NCBI GenBank assembly: GCA_033581555.1
Contig: JAVQSZ010000005.1
Location: 111,537 to 135,536, forward strand
DNA: 24,000 nt
Reading direction: 5' to 3'
Origin: Nitrososphaerota archaeon
GTDB taxonomy: Archaea > Thermoproteota > Nitrososphaeria_A > Caldarchaeales > Calditenuaceae
Part shown: piece after piece, positions 8,641 to 16,537 of the stretch
How positions within the stretch are numbered: the first letter of the stretch is position 1
How the letters are laid out: each line of letters begins with the position of its first letter
Position numbers and translations under genes: made by a program
Notes under the pieces: model-generated
The model's database searches: none
Seen by the model: only the letters and a program-made list of their open reading frames with translations
Told to the model about the DNA's origin: nothing

Positions 8641-9313
8641 CGTCGCCTCTCCCCGAGGTCAGCCTCATGACCCTGTCGGTGACCTCGCCGAGCATCCCAC
8701 CAGGCAGCTCGACCTGACAGACCCAGGAGCCGTCCCCCTTCCACTCCTCCTTCACTATCCTCCCAACGCCGCGCAGGTATCCGCTGACCCTAGGCTGCGC
8801 GTCGCCCGGCGACCTGACCTCGACCGTTATCTGGACGATCTTGATCGGGAGGACGGTCCTCAGCCTCTCCATCACCTTCCCGACCTGCTCCGAGGCCTCC
8901 GCGAACGGATCGATCTGGACGCCTACCTCCTTCATCGCGAGCTCGATCCTCTGGGGCGGTATCGGCGCGTTGGTCCTGGGGTCGATCGCGTTCCTCGCGA
9001 TCAGGTCGATCACCTTCCTCCGCTTCTCCTCGATCAGGGCCCTCCTCTGCTCCGCGGTGAGCTGGACCTCGCCCTCCCTCACGATCGTCAGGGCGATCTG
9101 GTAGGGGTCGGTGGTCCCGAAGGCCTTCCTCAGCTCCTCCTCCTTCGCCCTGATCCCCTTCTTCGCGTCCCTGTAGACCTCTGGGTAGACGAGGACCTTC
9201 TGAGATGGCTGGGCCTGACCGAGCCTGATCTTCAGGGCCAAGTCCGGGTCCACGAGCACCTCGAAGGTCTCGCCCCGCTTCGTCATCCTAGCGATCGTGT
9301 AGTTCTGCGGCAA
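8627..9313 (-). CDS. Ribosome maturation protein SBDS/Sdo1 homolog
   Basis: [28 protein letters not shown]...[53 protein letters not shown]...[33 protein letters not shown] is characteristic of archaeal SBDS. TTG start. Confidence 0.92.
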   Translation of the reverse strand: MPQNYTIARMTKRGETFEVLVDPDLALKIRLGQAQPSQKVLVYPEVYRDAKKGIRAKEEELRKAFGTTDPYQIALTIVREGEVQLTAEQRRALIEEKRRKVIDLIARNAIDPRTNAPIPPQRIELAMKEVGVQIDPFAEASEQVGKVMERLRTVLPIKIVQITVEVRSPGDAQPRVSGYLRGVGRIVKEEWKGDGSWVCQVELPGGMLGEVTDRVMRLTSGRGDVRKL

Positions 9314-9357
9314 CTCCCTCGCACCTCACGGGACTTCCTCTCGGGAGGCTTTAGCAG

Positions 9358-10425
9358 TTAGCCCGTCGGTTTCGAAGCTCCGGAGCGGCGCTTCCCGTCA
9401 CTATTGCCTCGCCCGTGCCTCGCAGCGACCGCGAACCACAGGCCCCCGCCAGCGTGGACGAACCTCGCCCTCCCGAAGCCCGAACGCGAGAGGAGCGACG
9501 AGAGCTCCCTCCTCGAGAGCATCGACCCTCCCTGCAGAGCGTAGTCGAGCGCGATGAACCTAAGGAGCGCGTCCTGCCTCGAGTCGCCCGTCCTTTCGGA
9601 GAGCCCCTCCGCCACGACCAGGAGCCCGCCGCGCCTCAGCGCCCTTCGGGCCGACCTCAGGACCCCGAGCCTGTCGGAGGCGACGCAGAGGACCTCGCCG
9701 AGGTAGACCAGGTCGAACTCCTCCCCGAATTCCAGCGACTCGCTGGTGCCCTCGACGAACGTCAAGCGGTCCGAGAGTCCAGCTTCCTCTGCCCTCCTCC
9801 TCGCGACCGAGATCGCGGCGCCGTCAGGGTCCACGCCGACCGCGGAGGCCGCTGAATACCTCAGGCAGAGCTCGACCGCCCACCCGCCGGTCCCGCAGCC
9901 GATGTCGAGGGCCCTCGCGCCCCTCTCGAGGACCGACCGCAGCCCCCTCACCCTCGGGACGACGAGCTCGAAGAAGGCCAAGTGGTCCCACCTCGTCGCC
10001 TCCGCGTACGCCTCTGTCAGGTGCCTCGCCCCATCGCTGTCGGCGCTCCCGCGGCCGAAGAGGGCGTCGAAGAGGTGGTAATCGAGGCTCCTCAGCGCCA
10101 GGTAGGAGAGCAACCCGCCGACGTAGCGGTGATCCCGATCGTCCAGGATGAGCGCCCTCGCGTCGCCCTTCAGCGCGTACCTCCCTCGCCTTCCCTTCAG
10201 CAGGCCCAGCTCGGCGGCCGCCTCGCACCAGAGCCCTACAGCCTTCCTGTCCAGACCCGTCAGCCTCGCGATCTCGCCGGGCCCCGCCCCCCTCCCCAGC
10301 CCGTCGAGCGCCCTCAGCAGCCCGTACCTCCTCCCCAAGTGAGCGACCCAGACCGACGCGAAGCCGGCCGCGCTCTCCCACGGGTCGAACAACTCTGGAC
10401 CACCCACGGCCCCAGAGGGAGGCAT
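9358..10425 (-). CDS. Class I SAM-dependent methyltransferase with N-terminal winged-helix-like domain
   Basis: ARALDIGCGTGGWAVELCLRYSAASAVGVDPDGAAISVARRRAEEAGLSDRLTFVEGTSESLEF; N-terminal region GPGEIARLTGLDRKAVGLWCEAAAELGLL. The actual start could be the in-frame GTG near 10407. Confidence 0.85.
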   Translation of the reverse strand: MPPSGAVGGPELFDPWESAAGFASVWVAHLGRRYGLLRALDGLGRGAGPGEIARLTGLDRKAVGLWCEAAAELGLLKGRRGRYALKGDARALILDDRDHRYVGGLLSYLALRSLDYHLFDALFGRGSADSDGARHLTEAYAEATRWDHLAFFELVVPRVRGLRSVLERGARALDIGCGTGGWAVELCLRYSAASAVGVDPDGAAISVARRRAEEAGLSDRLTFVEGTSESLEFGEEFDLVYLGEVLCVASDRLGVLRSARRALRRGGLLVVAEGLSERTGDSRQDALLRFIALDYALQGGSMLSRRELSSLLSRSGFGRARFVHAGGGLWFAVAARHGRGNSDGKRRSGASKPTG

Positions 10426-10502
10426 GAGATTAACCGCTGATCAGGTCCCCACGCGGTCGACGTGTCTCGTTTACTAGGCGGCACCGATGGTCTCCGCGGG
10501 GA

Positions 10503-12296
10503 ATGAGCGGGTTCCTGAAGATGAGGGTCGCGGTCCTGGAGCTGGAGAGGTGCCAGCCCGACAAGTGCGGGACGCCCTGCATCACCTTCTGTCCTCCCGT
10601 GAGGAACGGCATCGAGGCGATCAGGCTGGCCTCCAATGGCTTCCCCGAGGTCAACGAGGAGCTCTGCATAGGGTGCGGGATCTGCGTCGCGAAGTGCCCG
10701 TTCGAGGTCATCACGATCGTGAACCTCCCCACCGAGCTCGGGGAGGACCTCGTCCACCAGTACGGCGTGAACGCCTTCAGGCTCTATAGGCTCCCCCACG
10801 TCGAGCAGGGGAAGGTCGTCGGGGTCCTCGGGAGGAACGGCATCGGGAAGTCGACGGCCTTTAGGGTCCTCTCGGGTCAACTGGTCCCGAACCTCGGAAG
10901 GCTTGAAGGGAGGGCGAGGTGGGAGGACGTCCAGCTGAAGTTCAGGGGGACGGTCCTCCAGGACTACTTCAGGAGGGTCGCGTCCGGTCAGGTCAGGGTC
11001 GTCTTGAAGCCCCAGCAGATCGAGCAGATCTCCAGGGCAGTCAAGGGCACGGTGAGGGAGCTCCTGAGGAGGGCCGCGGGAGGGGAGGGGTACGAGGGGG
11101 TGACGAGGGAGCTCGAGCTGGACCGGATCCTCGACAGGGACGTCTCCGTACTCAGCGGCGGAGAGCTGCAGAGGCTCGCGATAGCCGCGGCGATCCTGAA
11201 GGGCGGCGACGTGCTGCTCTTCGACGAGCCGACGAGCTTCCTCGACATCAGGCAGAGGTTCAGGGTGGCGTGGGTCATCAGGGAGCTGGCCGCGAAGGGG
11301 AGGGGCGTGCTGGTCGCGGACCACGACCTCGCCTTCATGGACTACGTCTCGGACGTAGTCTTCGTCCTCTACGGCGACCCCTCGGTCTACGGGGTGGTCT
11401 CGGGGCCCTACGGCTCGAGGGAGGGGATCAACGACTACCTCGAGGGTTACCTGCCGCTCGACAACGTGAGGTTCAGGAGCTACAGGATCGCGTTCCAGGT
11501 CAAGGGCCCCGAGGAGCAGCGCGAGGAGTCCGGATGGGGCCTCTACTGGCCCGAGATGACCAAGACCTTCGAGGGCTTTAGGCTCAAAGTCCCCGAGGGC
11601 GGAATCGGAAGGGGCGAGGTCCTCGCTGTGGTGGGGCCCAACGGCACCGGGAAGACGACCTTCGTGAAGCTGCTGGCCGGCCAGCTCGAGGACGACAGCG
11701 GCCTAAGGCTCGAGTACGCCTCCGTCAGCTACAAGCCCCAGCACCCGGTCCCGAGGCCCGAGACGGTCGAGGAGGTCCTCAAGGCCGCAGCGGGTGATAG
11801 GTTCGAGGGCGAGTTCGTCCAGTCGGAGCTGATCAGGCCACTGAGGATAGACAAGTTGGCGGAGAGGAGGCTCGACGAGCTGAGCGGCGGCGAGCTCCAG
11901 AAGGTCTCGATAGTCGAGGCGCTCTCGAGGGACGCGAAGATCTACCTGCTCGACGAGCCGAGCGCCTTCCTCGACGTCGAGGAGAGGTACAACGTCGCGA
12001 AGACCATCAGGAGGATCGCCGCCGACCTCGGCGCCCACGTCGTCTTGGTCGAGCACGACCTGATGATCGTCGACTTCGCCGCGACCAAGGTGATGGTCTT
12101 CACCGGCGAGCCCGGCGTGAGGGGGGAGGCCCTGCCGCCCTCGGACCTGAGGACTGGCTTCAACGCGCTGCTCAAGGAGCTCGGCGTGACGTTCAGGAGG
12201 GACCACGAGACCAAGCGGCCGCGGGTCAACAAGCCTGGATCGAGGCTCGACAGGCACCAGAAGGAGGTCGGCGAGTACTACTACCTCTCGGCCTAG
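10503..12296 (+). CDS. Ribosome recycling/biogenesis ATPase ABCE1 (RNase L inhibitor homolog, Rli1)
   Basis: N-terminal Fe-S motifs CQPDKCGTPCITFCPP and CIGCGICVAKCPFEVITIVNLP; two ABC domains with GRNGIGKST / LSGGELQRLAIA and GPNGTGKTT / LSGGELQKVSIV. Confidence 0.97.
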   Translation: MSGFLKMRVAVLELERCQPDKCGTPCITFCPPVRNGIEAIRLASNGFPEVNEELCIGCGICVAKCPFEVITIVNLPTELGEDLVHQYGVNAFRLYRLPHVEQGKVVGVLGRNGIGKSTAFRVLSGQLVPNLGRLEGRARWEDVQLKFRGTVLQDYFRRVASGQVRVVLKPQQIEQISRAVKGTVRELLRRAAGGEGYEGVTRELELDRILDRDVSVLSGGELQRLAIAAAILKGGDVLLFDEPTSFLDIRQRFRVAWVIRELAAKGRGVLVADHDLAFMDYVSDVVFVLYGDPSVYGVVSGPYGSREGINDYLEGYLPLDNVRFRSYRIAFQVKGPEEQREESGWGLYWPEMTKTFEGFRLKVPEGGIGRGEVLAVVGPNGTGKTTFVKLLAGQLEDDSGLRLEYASVSYKPQHPVPRPETVEEVLKAAAGDRFEGEFVQSELIRPLRIDKLAERRLDELSGGELQKVSIVEALSRDAKIYLLDEPSAFLDVEERYNVAKTIRRIAADLGAHVVLVEHDLMIVDFAATKVMVFTGEPGVRGEALPPSDLRTGFNALLKELGVTFRRDHETKRPRVNKPGSRLDRHQKEVGEYYYLSA

Positions 12297-13627
12297 GGCC
12301 CGACTCCCTGCAAGGTATCTCGCCCCTCGCGGTCTCGGCCCCTCCTCCCCGGCCCGCTCGTCCTGCCGGACCTCGCCCTCTTGGACGGACCGCTCTGGGA
12401 GTCGGCGACGATCACGTACCTCCTCGGGTAGGGGATCTCGATCCCGTTAGCCCTGAACTCTTTGTGGATCTGGTAGAGGAGCTCCCTCGCCAGCTGGAAG
12501 CCCGTTGTTTGGTCCTTCGCCCTCACCAGCAGCCTCAGCCTTATCCCCGACTCTCCCAGCTCCATCACCTGGACCTGCGGGAGCCCTGGCGCCGGCAGGA
12601 AGAGCGGGTGCCGCTCCGCGAGCTCCCTCATGATGCTCATAGCCTTGTCGAGGTCGCTCTCGTAGCTCACGTCGACGAAGACCGGGACCAGCATCGTCGG
12701 GTCTATGGCAGAGTAGTTCACGATTACCTCCGACTGGAAGACCGAGTTCGGGACCACGAACCTCCTGTTGTCCCAGGTCCTGAGGATAGTGTGGAACAGC
12801 TTGATGTCCTCCACGAAGCAGAAGTCGTTCCTAAACATCAGCGCCTCGCCTATCCTGAACGGGTGCGAGAGCGAGATCATCAGCCCCGAGATCAGGTTCG
12901 AGAGCGTCGACTGGGCCGCGAGGCCTATCACGATCGAGAGGAACCCGGCCGCGATCAGGGATGACGTCGCGATCCCGAGGAGCTCCGGGAACGTCACCAG
13001 CAGCGCCGCCAGCGCCCCGAGGAGTCCGACGAAGATGACTAGTACTCTCCGGATGAAGGTGAACGCGGTCATCGAGCTCTGATCGGTCGCGACCCTCTCG
13101 TAGAGAGCGCGGGTCAACAGGAGGTCGAGGACGGCCGCGGCGACGTAGGCGACCAGCAGACCAGTGAAGAGGTTCAGCACTCTCCACCAGAACTCGGAGA
13201 TCTGTGGTGCGATGTGGGAGCGGAGGACGATCTGCGTCGCCGCTATCACGCTCAGCAGCAGCACTCCCGCGTTCAGGACCCTCCCTATGCCTCTCTCAGC
13301 GACCTTCTCGACCGTGAGGTCAGAGACCTGACTGATCAGCGCCCTCACCGCCAGCGCCAGCGCGACGATCCCCGCGACGAATCTGGGGTTGTTCGGGTCC
13401 AAGTACGGCGAGAGGTCCGCAGGGAAGACCTGGACCAGCTCCGCGAACGCCAGCGCTACCAGGTTGCCGACGACCAGGGCTAGCAGCGCGGCCCTTAGCC
13501 TCAGCAGGAACCTCCTCACGCCCGCGATCCCCTGCAGCCTCTGGGCCATCCTCCCCATCAGGTACCAGGCTCCGACCGCGAAGGCGACGGTCACCGCTGT
13601 CTCCAGGATCAGCCCCAGAGGGACCAC
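12293..13627 (-). CDS. MscS-family mechanosensitive ion channel
   Basis: VTFPELLGIATSSLIAAGFLSIVIGLAAQSTLSNLISGLMISLSHPFRIGEAL...IKLFHTILRTWDNRRFVVPNSVF is the MscS TM3/beta-domain pattern; N-terminal hydrophobic helices. Confidence 0.9.
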   Translation of the reverse strand: MVPLGLILETAVTVAFAVGAWYLMGRMAQRLQGIAGVRRFLLRLRAALLALVVGNLVALAFAELVQVFPADLSPYLDPNNPRFVAGIVALALAVRALISQVSDLTVEKVAERGIGRVLNAGVLLLSVIAATQIVLRSHIAPQISEFWWRVLNLFTGLLVAYVAAAVLDLLLTRALYERVATDQSSMTAFTFIRRVLVIFVGLLGALAALLVTFPELLGIATSSLIAAGFLSIVIGLAAQSTLSNLISGLMISLSHPFRIGEALMFRNDFCFVEDIKLFHTILRTWDNRRFVVPNSVFQSEVIVNYSAIDPTMLVPVFVDVSYESDLDKAMSIMRELAERHPLFLPAPGLPQVQVMELGESGIRLRLLVRAKDQTTGFQLARELLYQIHKEFRANGIEIPYPRRYVIVADSQSGPSKRARSGRTSGPGRRGRDREGRDTLQGVGP

Positions 13628-13672
13628 GCCCGCGGCCTCTGAGCCCGACGCTATTTACCGAGCGCGTCACGG

Positions 13673-13788
13673 TGCGGGGGGTGGGATTCGAACCCACGAA
13701 CCCCTTCCGTCTGGCCGAGCCTACGGGGAGCGGCTGCCCCATCGCCGGATCTTGAGGCCGCCGCCGTTGACCGCTTGGCTACCCCCGC
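13673..13788 (-). tRNA. tRNA-Leu(CAA) with two apparent introns
   Basis: Acceptor GCGGGGG/CCCCCGC, discriminator A, anticodon stem GCGGC/GCCGC, T-arm GTGGG-TTCGAAT-CCCAC, anticodon CAA at 13752-13754. Removing 13736..13750 and 13705..13720 leaves an 85-nt class II tRNA with variable arm CCCC-GUAG-GGGG. Confidence 0.93.
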
Positions 13789-13891
13789 CATCCCCGTGAA
13801 CCGCTCCGTTAGGGATAAACGTCTCGCCGGGTCGGAGGCCTCGCTCGCCTCGCGAATGGGTTTTAGGCGACGCTGCCAGATCGTCGCAGGG

Positions 13892-15766
13892 GTGTCGATC
13901 AGGAGGGCGATGGAGGAGGCCCGAAAGGCGCTCGAGAGGGCTGGCGTCAGGGAGCCGAGGGTCGTCCCCACCAAGAGCCTCGCGTTCGGGATCGTGACCA
14001 GCACCTCGGCCTTCGAGGAGGCGAAGGAGAGGGGGATCGACGCGATGGCCTACGCAGAGGAGGTCGCGGCGAGGGCGAGGCAGCACACTGGGCCGCTGCT
14101 CGCGGAGGTCAGGGCCGCCCAGCCCGGCTACGTCAACTTCTACCCCGACTGGAGGAGGTTCTCAGAAGACGTCGTGAGGGGGGTCCTCGAGGACGTGAGG
14201 TCGTTCCTCTACGAGGGCCTCGGCGGCGGCGAGGTGGTGGTCGAGCACACGAGCGTCAACCCCAACAAGGCCCTCCACGTCGGCCACGCGAGGAACGTCT
14301 GCATCGGCGACACGGTCTACAGGCTGATGTCGAAGGCCGGGAGGAGGGTCACGGTCCTCAACTACGTCGACGACAGCGGCGCCCAGATGGCCGAGCTCCT
14401 CCTCGGTTTCACCGAGCTCGGGTTCGACCTGAACCCCCCGCCGGGCATGAGGTTCGACGAGTACTGCGGCGACTCGGTCTACGTCGAGGTGAACAGGCGC
14501 GCGAAGGTCGACCCCGAGATCGAGGCGAAGAGGAGGAGGGTCGCGAAGGAGTTGGAGGAAAGAGGCTCGGACGCGTTCAAGCTCTCGAGGGAGATAGCTC
14601 TGAGGGTCCTGAGGGACCAGCTAAGCACCTGCTACAGGCTCGGCGCGAGCTACGACCTCCTCGTGAGGGAGAGCGACGTCGTGGTCTCCGGCCTCTGGGA
14701 CGAGGCCTTCTCGAGGCTGAAGGAGAGCGGGGCCGTCTACCTGGCCGACCGCGGGTCGAAGGCCGGGTGTTGGGTCGCGGACCTCTCCGGCCACCCGGTG
14801 CTCTCGAAGGAGGGGGACGAGGTCCTGGTGAAGAGCGACGGCTCTACCACCTACGTCGCGAGGGACATAGGGTTCGCGCTCTGGAAGCTCGGCGAGTCGA
14901 GGACTTCGCTGAGGTTCTCCCTCTGGGACGTCAGGGACGGCAGGCCCACGTACATCTCGTCTGAAGAGGGCGTGTCTCTGAGGCCCAACTCCCCGAGCCT
15001 CGTGATCACTGTGGTCGACTCGAGGCAGAGGCGCCCGCAGGAGGTCGTGAGGTACGCGCTCTCGAGGATCGGCGTCAGCGCAGACAGGTACCTCCACTAC
15101 TCCTACGAGCCCGTCCTCCTCTCCAAGAGGTCCGCGGAGATGCTCGGGGCGAAGGCGGAGCGGTCCGCGGTCCAGATGAGCGGGAGGGAGGGGATCTATT
15201 TCAAGGTCGAGCAGGTCCTCGACAAGCTGGTCGAGGTCGCGGCCAGGGAGACGTCGTCGAGGAGGCCCGAGTGGCCGTCCGAGAGGGTCCGGGAAGTGGC
15301 TGAGGCGATCGCGGTCGGCGCGTTCAGATACGGGATGCTGAAGGTCGACAGCGACAAGCAGATCGTCTTCGACATCGAGGAGTCCCTCAGGCTCGAGGGC
15401 GACACGGGACCGTACCTACAGTACTCGGTCGTGAGGGCGAGGAAGATCTTGCTGAAGGCGGAGGAGGCAGGAGTCGAACCGTCGCCAGCTCCCTCAGAGG
15501 ACCTCACGCCGCACGAGATGCAGCTGGTGAGGGAGGTCTCCGTCGCGCCGCTCGCCCTTGAGGACACCGTCAAGGCCTTGAGGATAAGGACGCTCGTGAC
15601 CCAGGCCAGGACGCTCGCGACCGTGTTCAACGAGTTCTACGAGAGCTGCCCTGTGATCGGGGGAGGTCCGAACGCCGGCTTCAGGCTCAGCTTGGTCGCC
15701 GCGTACGCCAGGGTACAGGAGGAGTTGCTGGAGACGCTCGGCGTTCCGGTCCTCGACGAGCTGTAG
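13892..15766 (+). CDS. argS: Arginyl-tRNA synthetase
   Basis: VEHTSVNPNKALHVGHARNVCIGDTVYRLMSKAGRRVTVLNYVDDSGAQMAELLLG (class I HxGH signature and ArgRS context), C-terminal DALR-like anticodon-binding region. Track ORF starts at 13775 inside the tRNA; GTG 13892 preferred. Confidence 0.93.
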   Translation: MSIRRAMEEARKALERAGVREPRVVPTKSLAFGIVTSTSAFEEAKERGIDAMAYAEEVAARARQHTGPLLAEVRAAQPGYVNFYPDWRRFSEDVVRGVLEDVRSFLYEGLGGGEVVVEHTSVNPNKALHVGHARNVCIGDTVYRLMSKAGRRVTVLNYVDDSGAQMAELLLGFTELGFDLNPPPGMRFDEYCGDSVYVEVNRRAKVDPEIEAKRRRVAKELEERGSDAFKLSREIALRVLRDQLSTCYRLGASYDLLVRESDVVVSGLWDEAFSRLKESGAVYLADRGSKAGCWVADLSGHPVLSKEGDEVLVKSDGSTTYVARDIGFALWKLGESRTSLRFSLWDVRDGRPTYISSEEGVSLRPNSPSLVITVVDSRQRRPQEVVRYALSRIGVSADRYLHYSYEPVLLSKRSAEMLGAKAERSAVQMSGREGIYFKVEQVLDKLVEVAARETSSRRPEWPSERVREVAEAIAVGAFRYGMLKVDSDKQIVFDIEESLRLEGDTGPYLQYSVVRARKILLKAEEAGVEPSPAPSEDLTPHEMQLVREVSVAPLALEDTVKALRIRTLVTQARTLATVFNEFYESCPVIGGGPNAGFRLSLVAAYARVQEELLETLGVPVLDEL

Positions 15767-15813
15767 CCCCGGAGGCGTCAGGACTAAATTATCCGAGCGA
15801 GGAGGTGCACCGG

Positions 15814-15907
15814 GGGCCGGTAGATCAGCGGCAGATCGCCCGGTTCGCACCCGGGTGACGCGAAGGGCGTCCGGGAAAGGTCCGGGGTTCGAATCCCCGC
15901 CGGTCCA
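15814..15907 (+). tRNA. tRNA-Ala(CGC) with an apparent 22-nt intron at 43/44
   Basis: Acceptor GGGCCGG/CCGGTCC with G3:U70, D-stem GATC/GATC, anticodon arm CCCGG-TTCGCAC-CCGGG, T-arm CGGGG-TTCGAAT-CCCCG, discriminator A. Removing 15856..15877 leaves a 72-nt cloverleaf with variable loop AGGUC. Confidence 0.92.
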
Positions 15908-15972
15908 TCACCTCCGCGGTGTCCCGTAGCTCCGCGACGAAGTCTCGAGGTCAGGGCCCTCTAGATCTCAGA

Positions 15973-16047
15973 CGGGCCCGCCGGGACTCGAACCCGGGAC
16001 CTCCGGCTCCGCAGGCCGGCGCCCTGTCCATGCTAGGCCACGGGCCC
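15973..16047 (-). tRNA. tRNA-Arg(GCG)
   Basis: 75 nt: GGGCCCG acceptor, anticodon arm CCGGC-CTGCGGA-GCCGG, variable AGGTC, T-arm CCGGG-TTCGAGT-CCCGG, discriminator G. TTAATAAAAC box about 21-33 nt upstream. Confidence 0.95.
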
Positions 16048-16537
16048 TCCGGTCGTCAACGCCTCTGCTCGTTTTATTAACTTCCCGAGACCTCCGGCGG
16101 CAGGTCCTGATCGCGCGCATCGCCCATCCCGGATACTCTCCCCTTATCGGAATGGAGTTAGGGGCTCGATGAGCTGACACCGCCACGCTCAACACGTGCG
16201 CGGCATAGTCGACGGGAAGCCTGATCAGATGCTGACGAAATGGGAGCAGAGGGCTGAAGTGATGGTGATCAGGCGGGTCCGAAGTCTTGCAGTTCCTCTA
16301 CTCTGTGAAGGACGGTGGTCTCTTACCGGGCCAAACCCCTCATCGCGCTCGGTGGTCAAAGGCAGCCTTTAATGGATTGAAAAGCGCCCGATCATTACGA
16401 TTATCGAACCAAAAAGAGTCTAGATTTGTTGTGACAACCGCACGTGGTGCGCCATTCGGCAGATCTTCCAGGTTAAGCAACGCATTAACACAATGATCGT
16501 AAAATGATATATGCCAGCAAGTGTCAGTACATGCGCA

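Noticed and set aside
13775-13891. N-terminal extension of ArgRS from the track ORF start at 13775
   Set aside because: The start would lie inside the opposite-strand tRNA-Leu and the extension covers the tRNA promoter; GTG 13892 has suitable TATA spacing.
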